IMG/VR virus record: IMGVR_UViG_3300021399_000147
Location: 1 to 64,000 of that record
Source of the DNA: a virus
Taxonomy: Duplodnaviria; Caudoviricetes
Strand: one strand, 5' to 3'
Length of the DNA: 64,000 nucleotides
Positions 28,011-36,501 of this stretch are shown piece after piece; position 1 is the stretch's first letter, and every line of letters starts with the position of its first letter. The notes under the pieces were generated by a model. That model did no database searches and was not told where the DNA came from. It was given only the letters and a program-made list of their open reading frames with translations. A program made the translations under genes and the position numbers.

Positions 28011-28310
28011 ATGACAAATGGAGAGAAACTAAAAGAAGTATTTCCAGATATAGAATTTACAGAAATGGCGTATACTGTTCATGCAGTGGCAGGAGTCACT
28101 TCAAATGGAGTAAAGGGACACATTAGTTATGATTTTTGGAAAGAATGGTGGAACGCAGAATATAAAGAGCCAAGAAAAGGTTATCTATCCATTGATGATG
28201 TAATGGAGGTATTTGATGATTTTATGTGTGGAGAAGTGGACGAAGATGGCATAGACACATTTGTGGAAATGTTAAGAGATAAGGCAGATATGAGAGAGGT
28301 AGAAGAATGA
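28011..28310 (+). CDS. MTNGEKLKE-module hypothetical protein
   Basis: Paralog of 27741-28001. Confidence 0.6.
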   Translation: MTNGEKLKEVFPDIEFTEMAYTVHAVAGVTSNGVKGHISYDFWKEWWNAEYKEPRKGYLSIDDVMEVFDDFMCGEVDEDGIDTFVEMLRDKADMREVEE

Positions 28311-28645
28311 CAAGAAAAGAAAGAGCTATAAAAAATCTAAAACAGATGTGTAGTGATGGAAGATATTTAGGAAGTGGGAGTTATGTACCTTTAGAAGTGT
28401 TAGAAGATTTTAATTTAGCAATTCAAGCACTAGAGCAAGAGCCTAGATGGATTCCTGTTAGTGAGAAGTTGCCCGAATCAGATGAAGAATATCACACGTT
28501 TTTGGTAACAGATAATAAAGGTAGGGTAACATTATCAGAGTTTTATCTATCAATATCGGATAGGAAACCTTATTGGAGTGGGATGATAGATGTTAAAGCA
28601 TGGATGCCATTACCGAAACCATATGAAGTAGAAAGTGAGGAATAA
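28307..28645 (+). CDS. DUF551-like domain protein
   Basis: ALEQEPRWIPVSEKLPE...FLVT...AWMPLPKPY. Confidence 0.7.
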   Translation: MTRKERAIKNLKQMCSDGRYLGSGSYVPLEVLEDFNLAIQALEQEPRWIPVSEKLPESDEEYHTFLVTDNKGRVTLSEFYLSISDRKPYWSGMIDVKAWMPLPKPYEVESEE

Positions 28646-28647
28646 GG

Positions 28648-28800
28648 ATGGGATGTTCAAAATGTGAATATGCACCAAGAACATACGAGGAATATTGTAT
28701 GAGTACAAAGCAACCACAATCATTTTGTCCAGATGCTTATACAGAGAAAGCACAATACTGTGGTAATTATGAAAAATCACAGGCAGAAAGTGAGGAATAA
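28648..28800 (+). CDS. Small Cys-rich protein (50 aa)
   Basis: MGCSKCEY...CPDAY...AESEE. Confidence 0.5.
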   Translation: MGCSKCEYAPRTYEEYCMSTKQPQSFCPDAYTEKAQYCGNYEKSQAESEE

Positions 28801-28802
28801 AC

Positions 28803-29072
28803 ATGGCAGATATAGAGTTAGTGATTAAGATACCAGAAAGCACATATCAAGTATTTAAACAACTTAGTAAGATTATAGGTGTTCTAGTATATGAAAAAGA
28901 TATTTTAACGCTTATAAAAGCAGTTAAAAATGGCACACCACTTCCTAAAGGACATGGAAGATTGATAGATGCTGATGATATAGATAATCATATTATAGGT
29001 CACGTTGATACAAGAAGTTGTCCAACAATCATAGAAGCAGACAAGGGAAGTGAGGGAATATGTCAGAGCTAA
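28803..29072 (+). CDS. Hypothetical protein
   Basis: IELVIKIPE...NGTPLPKGHGRLIDAD...PTIIEAD pattern. Confidence 0.6.
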   Translation: MADIELVIKIPESTYQVFKQLSKIIGVLVYEKDILTLIKAVKNGTPLPKGHGRLIDADDIDNHIIGHVDTRSCPTIIEADKGSEGICQS

Positions 29073-29176
29073 TAGCAATCTATTTGGTAGGTTTTGTAGG
29101 TGGAACATTGTTCGGATTGTCAATTGCATTTGCAGTATGGGTATATAAAGTAAAAAGCAGAAAGTGAGGAATAAAT

Positions 29177-29416
29177 ATGCAAAAAATAAATTGGGATGAG
29201 ATAGATAAACAGGAAATATCAAAGTCGGTAGTATTACTTGATTTGTTTACCAAAACCTTTTGTAGATACCAGAATGATTATGAGAGGTTTGACGATTTGA
29301 AATTTAGATGTGATGAATGTCCATTCAGCAAATCTAATGGGAATTGTATGTGTAAAGAGTTTAAAAACAAATACGCTCCAGATTATCGAGATTTTGGTAG
29401 TATGGGGGATTTATAA
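29177..29416 (+). CDS. Hypothetical Cys-containing protein
   Basis: ORF track; RBS in AAAGTGAGG motif. Confidence 0.5.
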   Translation: MQKINWDEIDKQEISKSVVLLDLFTKTFCRYQNDYERFDDLKFRCDECPFSKSNGNCMCKEFKNKYAPDYRDFGSMGDL

Positions 29417-29539
29417 GGCAGAAAGTGAGGAAACATGAATGTATAATTTCTTACTAGGATGTGTTATAGGTGCAATAATTACAAATCTTTTATGGTATAT
29501 ACATGACAGAAAGTGAGAAATAAGAAGTGAGGAATAAAG

Positions 29540-29725
29540 ATGCCTAGAAAGAAAAAAGAGCCCCCTACATATTCAAAAGAATATGAATGGGAATTATATC
29601 AGAAATTACAGAATCATGCCTTTAGTGATGAGGATATATTACAAGGATTCTTTCATCATCTTACGCCCGAAGAGTCTTGTGCGGTAATGGAAGATATTTG
29701 TAGGGAAAATGAAATAGAGCTTTAA
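29540..29725 (+). CDS. Small acidic protein, paralog of 30206-30385
   Basis: YS.EYE.EL..KL...SDED alignment. Confidence 0.55.
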   Translation: MPRKKKEPPTYSKEYEWELYQKLQNHAFSDEDILQGFFHHLTPEESCAVMEDICRENEIEL

Positions 29726-29727
29726 AG

Positions 29728-29800
29728 TTCCTGTTGAAGTGTGTTATTGCTTATGCTATCCTAATATCGTAAACAATAACACACTTTTATTTTGAAGGAG
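29728..29800 (+). promoter_or_regulatory. Conserved early promoter element, copy 2
   Basis: TTCCTGTTGAAG...TGCTATCCT...GTAAAC...ACAC...GAAGGAG. Confidence 0.75.
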
Positions 29801-29809
29801 ATTGAAGTT

Positions 29810-30019
29810 ATGGTGGAAATTAAAAAGAAGTGCTTAATCTGTGGTAAGACCACATCACTAAAAATCACAAACAAGGTAGCAGAGATGTATGACAAGTATT
29901 TAGCTGGATATGGACTTATTCAAGATTTACCATTGCCAGCTGATAAGAGAGAATTTCTTATGTCAGGTATGTGCATGAGCTGTCAGGAAGATTTCTTTAA
30001 TAGTGAGGAGGAAGAGTGA
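29810..30019 (+). CDS. Small zinc-binding protein
   Basis: CLICG...REFLMSGMCMSCQ. Confidence 0.6.
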   Translation: MVEIKKKCLICGKTTSLKITNKVAEMYDKYLAGYGLIQDLPLPADKREFLMSGMCMSCQEDFFNSEEEE

Positions 30020-30205
30020 TGGATAATATTGTAATGTTCTTTGATAGAAAAGGCGAAGGTCATTATGGTCTGATGATTAGAGAATATCCAGCATTTGAGG
30101 GTGGTATGAGATATATCATTGAGGATGAGACTAGCGGATATGAGTATAGATGCGTTAAAGAGAATGGCAAGTATGTAGAGCTTGTGGTGTGAAAGGAGAA
30201 CAGAT

Positions 30206-30385
30206 ATGAGTAAGCCATATAGTAGAGATTATGAAAGTGAATTATTGGATAAACTCAGAGAGAATGAAATAACAGATGAGGATTTAGTAGGATGTTTCCT
30301 AAACTATTTTAGCTCAGATGATACTTGTGCCTGTCTTGAAGATGCGTGCAGAACCTATGATATAGAATATGAGGAGGAAGAGTAA
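30206..30385 (+). CDS. Small acidic protein, paralog of 29540-29725
   Basis: AAAGGAG RBS; alignment to 29540 ORF. Confidence 0.55.
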   Translation: MSKPYSRDYESELLDKLRENEITDEDLVGCFLNYFSSDDTCACLEDACRTYDIEYEEEE

Positions 30386-30663
30386 TGATGGAATATGTTA
30401 CCCAATGCAAAGATAACAAGACAGGACTTACATTAGTCTTGTCTGAGGTAAGCTATAATCAAGCGATTGACTGGTTACAGAGAAAAGCCGAAAAGTATTT
30501 CAAAGAAATATTTAGGTGTGAAAGTATAGATACTACCCGTACAGTAATAAGTGTAGGCACACCTAAGCATGATTTTGATTTTAACGGTAATCCTACTGTG
30601 TGGTACACTAATATCATTAAGTTCTACTATGATGAGGAAAGAGGATTGCTTCTGGAAGAATAA
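30385..30663 (+). CDS. Hypothetical protein
   Basis: ORF track. Confidence 0.5.
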   Translation: MMEYVTQCKDNKTGLTLVLSEVSYNQAIDWLQRKAEKYFKEIFRCESIDTTRTVISVGTPKHDFDFNGNPTVWYTNIIKFYYDEERGLLLEE

Positions 30664-30673
30664 AGGAGATTAT

Positions 30674-30949
30674 ATGGAGATTCAGTATTCGTTTAAACCT
30701 GAAGAGGTTATATGTGATTTCAAGTTGATTGGCGAAACCTTTATGTTAGGCAGTCAAAAAGTAAAGACAGGAAAAGGCAAGAGAATGTACACTCAGTTAA
30801 TTACATCAAAAGGATATGATGATATTGCAGTGGAGTTGATAAACAAAGCTAGATACGCATATACTCATGGATTAAAGAATGATGTGGTTTTAACATCACA
30901 AGAGATAAGGGTATTAAAAGAGCTGGTAATTTACTGTGTAGGACTATAA
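30674..30949 (+). CDS. Hypothetical protein
   Basis: AAAGGAG RBS, ATG 30674. Confidence 0.5.
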   Translation: MEIQYSFKPEEVICDFKLIGETFMLGSQKVKTGKGKRMYTQLITSKGYDDIAVELINKARYAYTHGLKNDVVLTSQEIRVLKELVIYCVGL

Positions 30950-30950
30950 C

Positions 30951-31024
30951 TTCCTATTGTAGGATAGTACAGAACGTGCTATCCTATACTTGTAAACGAA
31001 AACACACTTTTTATTGTAAAGGAG
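30951..31024 (+). promoter_or_regulatory. Conserved early promoter element, copy 3 (hairpin type)
   Basis: TTCCTATTGTAG; AGGATAGTAC-agaac-GTGCTATCCT inverted repeat; TGTAAAC; AAAGGAG. Confidence 0.75.
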
Positions 31025-31031
31025 AAAAACT

Positions 31032-31352
31032 ATGGAAATGTTATTTGATGAGAAAGATTATGAGCCACTGAAAGAAGGCGAGACTTACGAAGGTAAGTTC
31101 GTTATTATCGCACCTAAGTACTTTAGACCTGAGTATAGAAGTGCTAAGTACCAGTTGTTTCATGCAGAAGGTGGATTTGGTTGTGACCCTAGTAAGATGG
31201 GTAATGCAGTATTCGGCAGAGATTGTGAAGAGATGTATAGGCAGGAGAGATATAACATTCTTGGTGTAGCTAAAGAGTCTGCAATTCGTGAGTGGGAAAA
31301 AACCTACCATATGAGTAGAGAGGATATATTGAAAGTAGGTAGAGATGAGTAA
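31032..31352 (+). CDS. Hypothetical protein with GGFGC module
   Basis: GK.VI......PEYR....QL..A.GGFGC.P...G.AVF. Confidence 0.55.
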   Translation: MEMLFDEKDYEPLKEGETYEGKFVIIAPKYFRPEYRSAKYQLFHAEGGFGCDPSKMGNAVFGRDCEEMYRQERYNILGVAKESAIREWEKTYHMSREDILKVGRDE

Positions 31353-31530
31353 AGGAAGAGATTTCTATAATTTAAGAGCCCTGCTAAAACAGCGGGGCTA
31401 CAATGTTTCTGATGATTATATATGGGCAGTAATAGATTATCTTGATTTATGTCCTGATACATACACTATATTTGACTGGTTAGAAGATACAGAGAAGAAC
31501 TATCCAGAAACTTTGAAAGGAGAATATTAG
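31345..31530 (+). CDS. Small hypothetical protein
   Basis: ORF track. Confidence 0.5.
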   Translation: MSKGRDFYNLRALLKQRGYNVSDDYIWAVIDYLDLCPDTYTIFDWLEDTEKNYPETLKGEY

Positions 31531-31532
31531 TT

Positions 31533-31841
31533 ATGCAAAAACAAAAAGAACATACATATCGGAGAATGATAGTAGGAAAGAATGTAAAATTCAGATTAAA
31601 CGAGGTATACAAGGACATAGCTATCTATGAAGAAATTTGTCCTACAGGATATGTAGTTAGTCAGTCTTGGTTACTTGTAAATCAGCACCTCTATATATTT
31701 GTACAGTCATACAATAATATGTGCAAAGAAGAGTTGCTGGACGCCATTGACAACTATAAGGATTGTGGTGAGTTTGGATTCAAGGGATTTATGAGAATAA
31801 CAGGTTTTACAGTTCATCCGAACGGAAAGGATACATTATGA
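31533..31841 (+). CDS. Hypothetical protein
   Basis: ORF track. Confidence 0.5.
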   Translation: MQKQKEHTYRRMIVGKNVKFRLNEVYKDIAIYEEICPTGYVVSQSWLLVNQHLYIFVQSYNNMCKEELLDAIDNYKDCGEFGFKGFMRITGFTVHPNGKDTL

Positions 31842-32176
31842 GTTTTTGTGATTTCCATACAATGCAGACAAAATCGGGGCGTACATTTACGCCCCTTAAC
31901 AGTTATGATGTTGTCGAGGTTATCAGAGATGATATGGGTGATGAAGTAGCTGATGAGGTAACTGGATGGTTAGAAGAGAACGTCAGAGAAGAGATGGAGT
32001 TCAATTCTGACTACACTGCTATGGAGCAGGAAGTAGAAATCTGGCATAGTTTTGTAGATGACCTCTCAGAAGAAATCGAGCGGCTAAGAGAAAAGATAGA
32101 GGATAATAAATTGACAAAAGCCAATATTTCAGTGGAACTCTATAAAATCTATGAAAAGATGAGAAAGGAGCTTTAA
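31838..32176 (+). CDS. Acidic helical hypothetical protein
   Basis: ORF track. Confidence 0.5.
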   Translation: MSFCDFHTMQTKSGRTFTPLNSYDVVEVIRDDMGDEVADEVTGWLEENVREEMEFNSDYTAMEQEVEIWHSFVDDLSEEIERLREKIEDNKLTKANISVELYKIYEKMRKEL

Positions 32177-32229
32177 TATGTGGTACTTGATATTATTTAT
32201 TCTGTTTTGTGTCTTTGTTCTTTGAAATA

Positions 32230-32305
32230 TTCCTGTTGTAAGGGCAATCAGAGTGTGTTATCCTATTATTGTAAACAAAAACACACACAAAACATTGAAA
32301 AGGAG
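32230..32305 (+). promoter_or_regulatory. Conserved early promoter element, copy 4
   Basis: TTCCTGTTGTAA...TGTTATCCT...TGTAAAC...ACACAC...AAAGGAG. Confidence 0.75.
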
Positions 32306-32314
32306 ATTACCGTT

Positions 32315-32560
32315 ATGACAAAGCAGGAAAAGAAAGAATATGAGAACAAGGAACCAATAGCAACATTTGTATTGTGCAACTTAGGCGGAATAGAGATTTT
32401 AGATATTCTCTATGGAATTGATGATTATGTAGTATACCGATTTAACTTTGGTAAGCCTGAAGAAACACACAGAGCTAAAATAAGATATGGTGTAAACCAC
32501 TCTAGTTTCAAGACATTTGTTGGATATAGCGTACGTCTTGATGAGTGCATGAGAGTATGA
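32315..32560 (+). CDS. Small hypothetical protein
   Basis: ATG 32315 after RBS of copy 4 (the longer ORF-track start runs through the promoter). Confidence 0.55.
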   Translation: MTKQEKKEYENKEPIATFVLCNLGGIEILDILYGIDDYVVYRFNFGKPEETHRAKIRYGVNHSSFKTFVGYSVRLDECMRV

Positions 32561-32573
32561 AAGGAGAATTAAG

Positions 32574-32792
32574 ATGGAAGAAGAATTTGTGATTGTAGGA
32601 GATTCAAAGAAATTTAAAGGCTGTCTGATAACTACTTGTGGAACTAAGCAGAGAGCAGAAGAGGTATTGGAGCGTATGTTAACAGCTCCAACACGTAATG
32701 ATAAACTACTAATAGGTGATTGCACTAATCTAAGAATAAAGGGCTGTGACCCTAAGAAGTCTTGGTGGAATGATTCAGTACTTGCAAATTGA
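32574..32792 (+). CDS. Small hypothetical protein
   Basis: GAAAGGAG RBS. Confidence 0.55.
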   Translation: MEEEFVIVGDSKKFKGCLITTCGTKQRAEEVLERMLTAPTRNDKLLIGDCTNLRIKGCDPKKSWWNDSVLAN

Positions 32793-32807
32793 AAGGAGAA
32801 TAAGATA

Positions 32808-32981
32808 ATGGGTGAACATGAATATACTTGTTGCATATGTGGAAAACATTTTGTAGGCTGGGGTAATGACCCTTGGCCAGTAGATATGAGAGATAATGTG
32901 GAGTGTTGTAATGCTTGCAATAATAGCAAAGTATTACCTGCAAGACTCCAGAGTTTATATAAAAATGGAAAGGAGAATTGA
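32808..32981 (+). CDS. Small Cys-rich protein (57 aa)
   Basis: CCICG....WGNDPWP....CC..CN...V.PAR. Confidence 0.6.
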   Translation: MGEHEYTCCICGKHFVGWGNDPWPVDMRDNVECCNACNNSKVLPARLQSLYKNGKEN

Positions 32982-32985
32982 GATT

Positions 32986-33168
32986 ATGGAAGAACGAATA
33001 CAGATTATTAAATCTTATATAGATTATTATTTAGATTGCGCAAAAAAAGAAACGGATGTTATTAAAAAAGATTTATGGGTAGAATCAGCCGCACATTGGA
33101 CGCAATATCTAAAGAGTATATCAGGCATTAAATATAGGGAAAAAGAATGTAATATTTATTGCCAATAA
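32986..33168 (+). CDS. Small hypothetical protein
   Basis: AAAGGAG RBS, ATG 32986. Confidence 0.45.
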   Translation: MEERIQIIKSYIDYYLDCAKKETDVIKKDLWVESAAHWTQYLKSISGIKYREKECNIYCQ

Positions 33169-33200
33169 AACCTAATTTTCATTGGGAAAGGAGAATTAAG

Positions 33201-33494
33201 ATGACAAAAGAATCCGAAGTAGTAAGAGATAGATTTGAAGCCTTAGTAAAGAAGTATGGATATAGAAGTATAAGGAATGTCTGCTTATCAGCAGGCATTA
33301 CTGCTTCTAATCTATATTCCAATATTACAGGAGTGTATGACATATCCATTAAAAGAATGTTCAGGATAGCCAATGTTCTAGGCTGTGATGTGACAGAGGT
33401 TATAGATGCATTTCACCACGACCTATATGAGGAGAATAAAGAGATAGTAGCAGAAGGTAAGAAACTTCCTGTTGAAGTGGTAGAAAATGTGTGA
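33201..33494 (+). CDS. XRE/Cro-C1 helix-turn-helix regulator
   Basis: SIRNVCLSAGITASNLY...ISIKRMFRIANVLGCDV. Confidence 0.75.
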   Translation: MTKESEVVRDRFEALVKKYGYRSIRNVCLSAGITASNLYSNITGVYDISIKRMFRIANVLGCDVTEVIDAFHHDLYEENKEIVAEGKKLPVEVVENV

Positions 33495-33536
33495 TATCCT
33501 ATACTCGTAAACAAAAACACACTTATTGTAAAGGAG
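33466..33536 (+). promoter_or_regulatory. Conserved early promoter element, copy 5 (overlaps 3' end of XRE gene)
   Basis: TTCCTGTTGAAG...TGATATCCT...GTAAAC...ACAC...AAAGGAG. Confidence 0.7.
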
Positions 33537-33543
33537 ATTAGTT

Positions 33544-33864
33544 ATGGAAAACTACAACTTTAAAATTACAGAATGGTTAGACAATCAGGTAGAGTACACG
33601 AAGAAGCTGAGTGAGATTGTGGAATTTAAAGATGATGATGTGGAATTACACAATCTGGCAATGCACAGAGATAAGTACGAGGTCCATTTAGCAACAGATA
33701 CCTTGAGATTCATAGCCACAAAGTTAAATTTAGACTTATGTGTAGGCTCAAGGAGAAAATATGATAAAGAAAATCCTTATGAGGTGTTCTTTATATATAA
33801 GGGCTTTAAGTTCTTAGATATAGAAACCGAAGAAGAATATCAGAAATACGGACCAGTGGTTTAA
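33544..33864 (+). CDS. Hypothetical protein
   Basis: ORF after copy 5. Confidence 0.55.
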   Translation: MENYNFKITEWLDNQVEYTKKLSEIVEFKDDDVELHNLAMHRDKYEVHLATDTLRFIATKLNLDLCVGSRRKYDKENPYEVFFIYKGFKFLDIETEEEYQKYGPVV

Positions 33865-33878
33865 CTCGCTGATACTTC

Positions 33879-33919
33879 AAGCACTAGGAATGTAAAAGTT
33901 CCTAGTGCTTTTCTTTTTT
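33879..33919 (+). terminator. Intrinsic terminator fused to promoter copy 6
   Basis: AAGCACTAGGAA-tgtaaaag-TTCCTAGTGCTT then T-run. Confidence 0.75.
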
Positions 33920-33968
33920 AGATATGCTATCCTATTATTAGAAACAAGAACACACAGATTGAAAGGAG
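33899..33968 (+). promoter_or_regulatory. Conserved early promoter element, copy 6 (weak -35)
   Basis: TTCCTAGTG...TGCTATCCT...AAAC...ACAC...GAAAGGAG. Confidence 0.6.
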
Positions 33969-33975
33969 AGCCAAT

Positions 33976-34230
33976 ATGAAGAAACCTACATTAGTATTTT
34001 TTGATGAAGCTTATGGCTATACTGCATCAGCAACAAGAGAAGCAGGCAGAGACCTGACAGAGAAAGAAATGAGAAAGTGGTGGAAACACTACGCAAAGAG
34101 AGCACCTGAGTGTATAGCTATATCAGCAACCTATGAGAATGATGAGGGCGAAATTAGAGATATTACAGAAAACTGGGTGATGCACGAATGTGCCATGTAT
34201 GCAGATGCACATAGTAATATTTTTAACTGA
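33976..34230 (+). CDS. Hypothetical protein
   Basis: ORF after copy 6. Confidence 0.55.
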   Translation: MKKPTLVFFDEAYGYTASATREAGRDLTEKEMRKWWKHYAKRAPECIAISATYENDEGEIRDITENWVMHECAMYADAHSNIFN

Positions 34231-34243
34231 AAGGAGACAGATT

Positions 34244-34489
34244 ATGTGCCACGGATGTAATGATTGCAAATGGTGTAAATGTTATAGAGGTGACTATTGG
34301 ACACCTGATGAATATGAGTGTCAAGGTGGATATGATATACCTGAAGATGTTATGCAGAGAGTATGGGAAAATGGTGAAGAGTGGAAAGATAATGAAGAGC
34401 CCATCTGCCCTGCGTATGAAGAAGCACCTACAGAAGATGATGAGTATTGGGACAGATACGCTTATGAGGAGAATAAATCAGAGAGATAA
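34244..34489 (+). CDS. Small Cys-rich acidic protein
   Basis: AAAGGAG RBS; CHGCNDCKWC. Confidence 0.55.
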   Translation: MCHGCNDCKWCKCYRGDYWTPDEYECQGGYDIPEDVMQRVWENGEEWKDNEEPICPAYEEAPTEDDEYWDRYAYEENKSER

Positions 34490-34621
34490 TTACCTGTTGA
34501 AGGTACTTACTAGCTGTGAGACAATATACTTGTAAACAGTAATTGACAGCTAGTAAGTACTCCTGATGCTGAGTATACTCCGTCAGAAGTGCTGAACGGG
34601 TCACAACAACACACAAAGGAG
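34490..34621 (+). promoter_or_regulatory. Variant early promoter element, copy 7, with long structured leader
   Basis: TTACCTG-TTGAAG-17 bp-GACAAT...TGTAAAC; 15-bp perfect inverted repeat 34503-34517/34546-34560; AAAGGAG. Confidence 0.6.
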
Positions 34622-34628
34622 AGAAGAT

Positions 34629-34949
34629 ATGATACAGTTAGATGGAGTTTACCCAAGTAATATCAATGGAGTAGTAATTGAGAAGTTTGAAGATATGCTG
34701 GCAGACCATCCTCTTGATGACAGATATGCTAAAGATATTGTGACAACCAATAATGCTAATATTCAGGCATATTCAGATGAGTTTGCAAAGCAGGTAGCAT
34801 ATGCAGAGAATATTGATTTTGGTGAATGGATTAAGTACAACACAGGATTGATGCCTTATATCAAGAAAGCCGCAAACACAGTACACTGGTTACATGAGAA
34901 TGGATATACAGAGTACAAGGTAAATATGCAGTCGGGAATCATTAAGTAA
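34629..34949 (+). CDS. Hypothetical protein
   Basis: ORF after copy 7. Confidence 0.55.
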   Translation: MIQLDGVYPSNINGVVIEKFEDMLADHPLDDRYAKDIVTTNNANIQAYSDEFAKQVAYAENIDFGEWIKYNTGLMPYIKKAANTVHWLHENGYTEYKVNMQSGIIK

Positions 34950-34963
34950 GAAGGAGAACAGTT

Positions 34964-35314
34964 ATGGCAACAATGATTAAATATGGAACAAAATTAGGTG
35001 AAAGTCTTATTCACGATATGAATTATTATAGGCATGATGGAGATACACTCTATGAAGTGTATGGTAAACCATCTAAGAAAAAGAGAGATAGTTGGGAGAA
35101 GATTAGACGGGATTGTGAGTATCTCAAAGGCAGACACCTTCATATAATAGGAGCATCAAGTTATAGTTATTCCTGTATATATGCTTATCCTGTATATGAT
35201 TTTAGGGATAACAGCATTATATCTATGATTATTAGAAAAGAAACATCAGGCAGCACATATGAGATGGAAATGCCATTAGATGATTACGAAAGATTGATAA
35301 TAAGAAGGCATTGA
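34964..35314 (+). CDS. Hypothetical protein
   Basis: AAGGAG RBS. Confidence 0.55.
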   Translation: MATMIKYGTKLGESLIHDMNYYRHDGDTLYEVYGKPSKKKRDSWEKIRRDCEYLKGRHLHIIGASSYSYSCIYAYPVYDFRDNSIISMIIRKETSGSTYEMEMPLDDYERLIIRRH

Positions 35315-35373
35315 GAATGACTGCCTTAAAGAAAATTGATTACGAGGAATTACCTTTCAATTAAATGTGTGTT

Positions 35374-35411
35374 TAGTCGTGTAGGTGTAACAGCTTGCAC
35401 GACTATTTTTT
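35374..35411 (+). terminator. Intrinsic terminator
   Basis: TAGTCGTGTAG...CTTGCACGACTA then TTTTTT. Confidence 0.7.
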
Positions 35412-35530
35412 AGGCGTAAAAATCAATAGCGCCAGGAAGCTCAGGATTCGATTTTTATTATTCGATTGATAAAATGTTCATTGAAGCAGATTAAAAGCTC
35501 AGGAAAGAGCTGGAAATGAGAAGTCAAAAC

Positions 35531-35599
35531 TTCCTGTTGTAGCTCATTATCAGATGTGCTATCCTATTCTTGTAAAAAGTAATACATATTGAAAAGGAG
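35531..35599 (+). promoter_or_regulatory. Conserved early promoter element, copy 8
   Basis: TTCCTGTTGTAG...TGCTATCCT...TGTAAA...AAAGGAG. Confidence 0.75.
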
Positions 35600-35608
35600 A
35601 TTACCATT

Positions 35609-35833
35609 ATGAATGAGAATGTAACATACCTATTAGAGAAGCATGGCCTTGAAAACTATGAAGATTACGCTGCCATGTTAGGAAATATGAGTCAGGCGGC
35701 AAAAGAAATGCTCGAAAGTACAGAGATGGGCGAAAGAGATGATATAGAGAAGAATAACCTTAAGATATTAACAGAGTTACTTCCTATATGCTCAGACTTA
35801 TTCATTAACTGTGACCCGTATTACAGAAAATAA
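35609..35833 (+). CDS. Small hypothetical protein
   Basis: Single ORF between promoter copies 8 and 9. Confidence 0.55.
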   Translation: MNENVTYLLEKHGLENYEDYAAMLGNMSQAAKEMLESTEMGERDDIEKNNLKILTELLPICSDLFINCDPYYRK

Positions 35834-35903
35834 TTCCTATTGATAGGCTAACATAGATGTGTTAGCCTATTATTGTAAACAAACACACATATTGAAAGAG
35901 AGG
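35834..35903 (+). promoter_or_regulatory. Conserved early promoter element, copy 9 (hairpin type)
   Basis: TTCCTATTG; ATAGGCTAACA-tagatg-TGTTAGCCTAT perfect inverted repeat; TGTAAAC. Confidence 0.75.
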
Positions 35904-35911
35904 AAACCGAT

Positions 35912-36190
35912 ATGATGTATGGAATGAAACGAGAGTTACCTAGAAATAAAGAGGGAAAGAAGTTATACCCAGTATGCTCATGGGAAAAGAATCAGCACAA
36001 GCTCTATAACGCCCATGATAGAGTGATGAATGCCATTAGTGATGGCAAAGCAGATTGGGATGACCTTGATAAAGTTGAGAAAGCTATGGGAGCATTTGAA
36101 GCTCATGTTATAGATGGCACAGTATTCGCAACATGGGAAGACCGAAATCTGATAATGGATTATATATTCGCATATAATGCCAGACACTAA
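35912..36190 (+). CDS. Hypothetical protein
   Basis: Single ORF between copies 9 and 10. Confidence 0.55.
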   Translation: MMYGMKRELPRNKEGKKLYPVCSWEKNQHKLYNAHDRVMNAISDGKADWDDLDKVEKAMGAFEAHVIDGTVFATWEDRNLIMDYIFAYNARH

Positions 36191-36210
36191 TGTCTGGCAT
36201 TTATTTTTTT
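36177..36210 (+). terminator. Intrinsic terminator
   Basis: ATGCCAGACA-ctaa-TGTCTGGCAT then TTATTTTTTT. Confidence 0.75.
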
Positions 36211-36277
36211 CCTGTTGATAGGTTAGCATCAGTATGCTAACCTATTCTTGTAAACAAAAACACACTAAAAAGAGAGG
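36209..36277 (+). promoter_or_regulatory. Conserved early promoter element, copy 10 (hairpin type)
   Basis: TTCCTGTTG; ATAGGTTAGCAT-cagt-ATGCTAACCTAT perfect inverted repeat; TGTAAAC. Confidence 0.75.
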
Positions 36278-36285
36278 TAACCATT

Positions 36286-36486
36286 ATGTTTGAAGAAGTT
36301 ATTGCCAATGCAGTAAAAGCCTATGATGAAGAAGTAGCTGAGGTTAAGATTGAAGATAAGGTTGTCACCATCACATATACAGACGGTGATACATACACAG
36401 GTGAAGTCAGAATAGATGGCTCAACCATTCTGTTAGATTTTCACAGAACCTTCATCATCAGAATAGACCTTAATGCCAATATGTAA
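36286..36486 (+). CDS. Small hypothetical protein
   Basis: ORF after copy 10. Confidence 0.55.
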   Translation: MFEEVIANAVKAYDEEVAEVKIEDKVVTITYTDGDTYTGEVRIDGSTILLDFHRTFIIRIDLNANM

Positions 36487-36501
36487 AGAGAGGCGGCAAA
36501 T

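Noticed and set aside
34562-34600. CTGATG as a hammerhead ribozyme core
   Set aside because: Lacks CUGAnGA and the GAAA core in the right geometry
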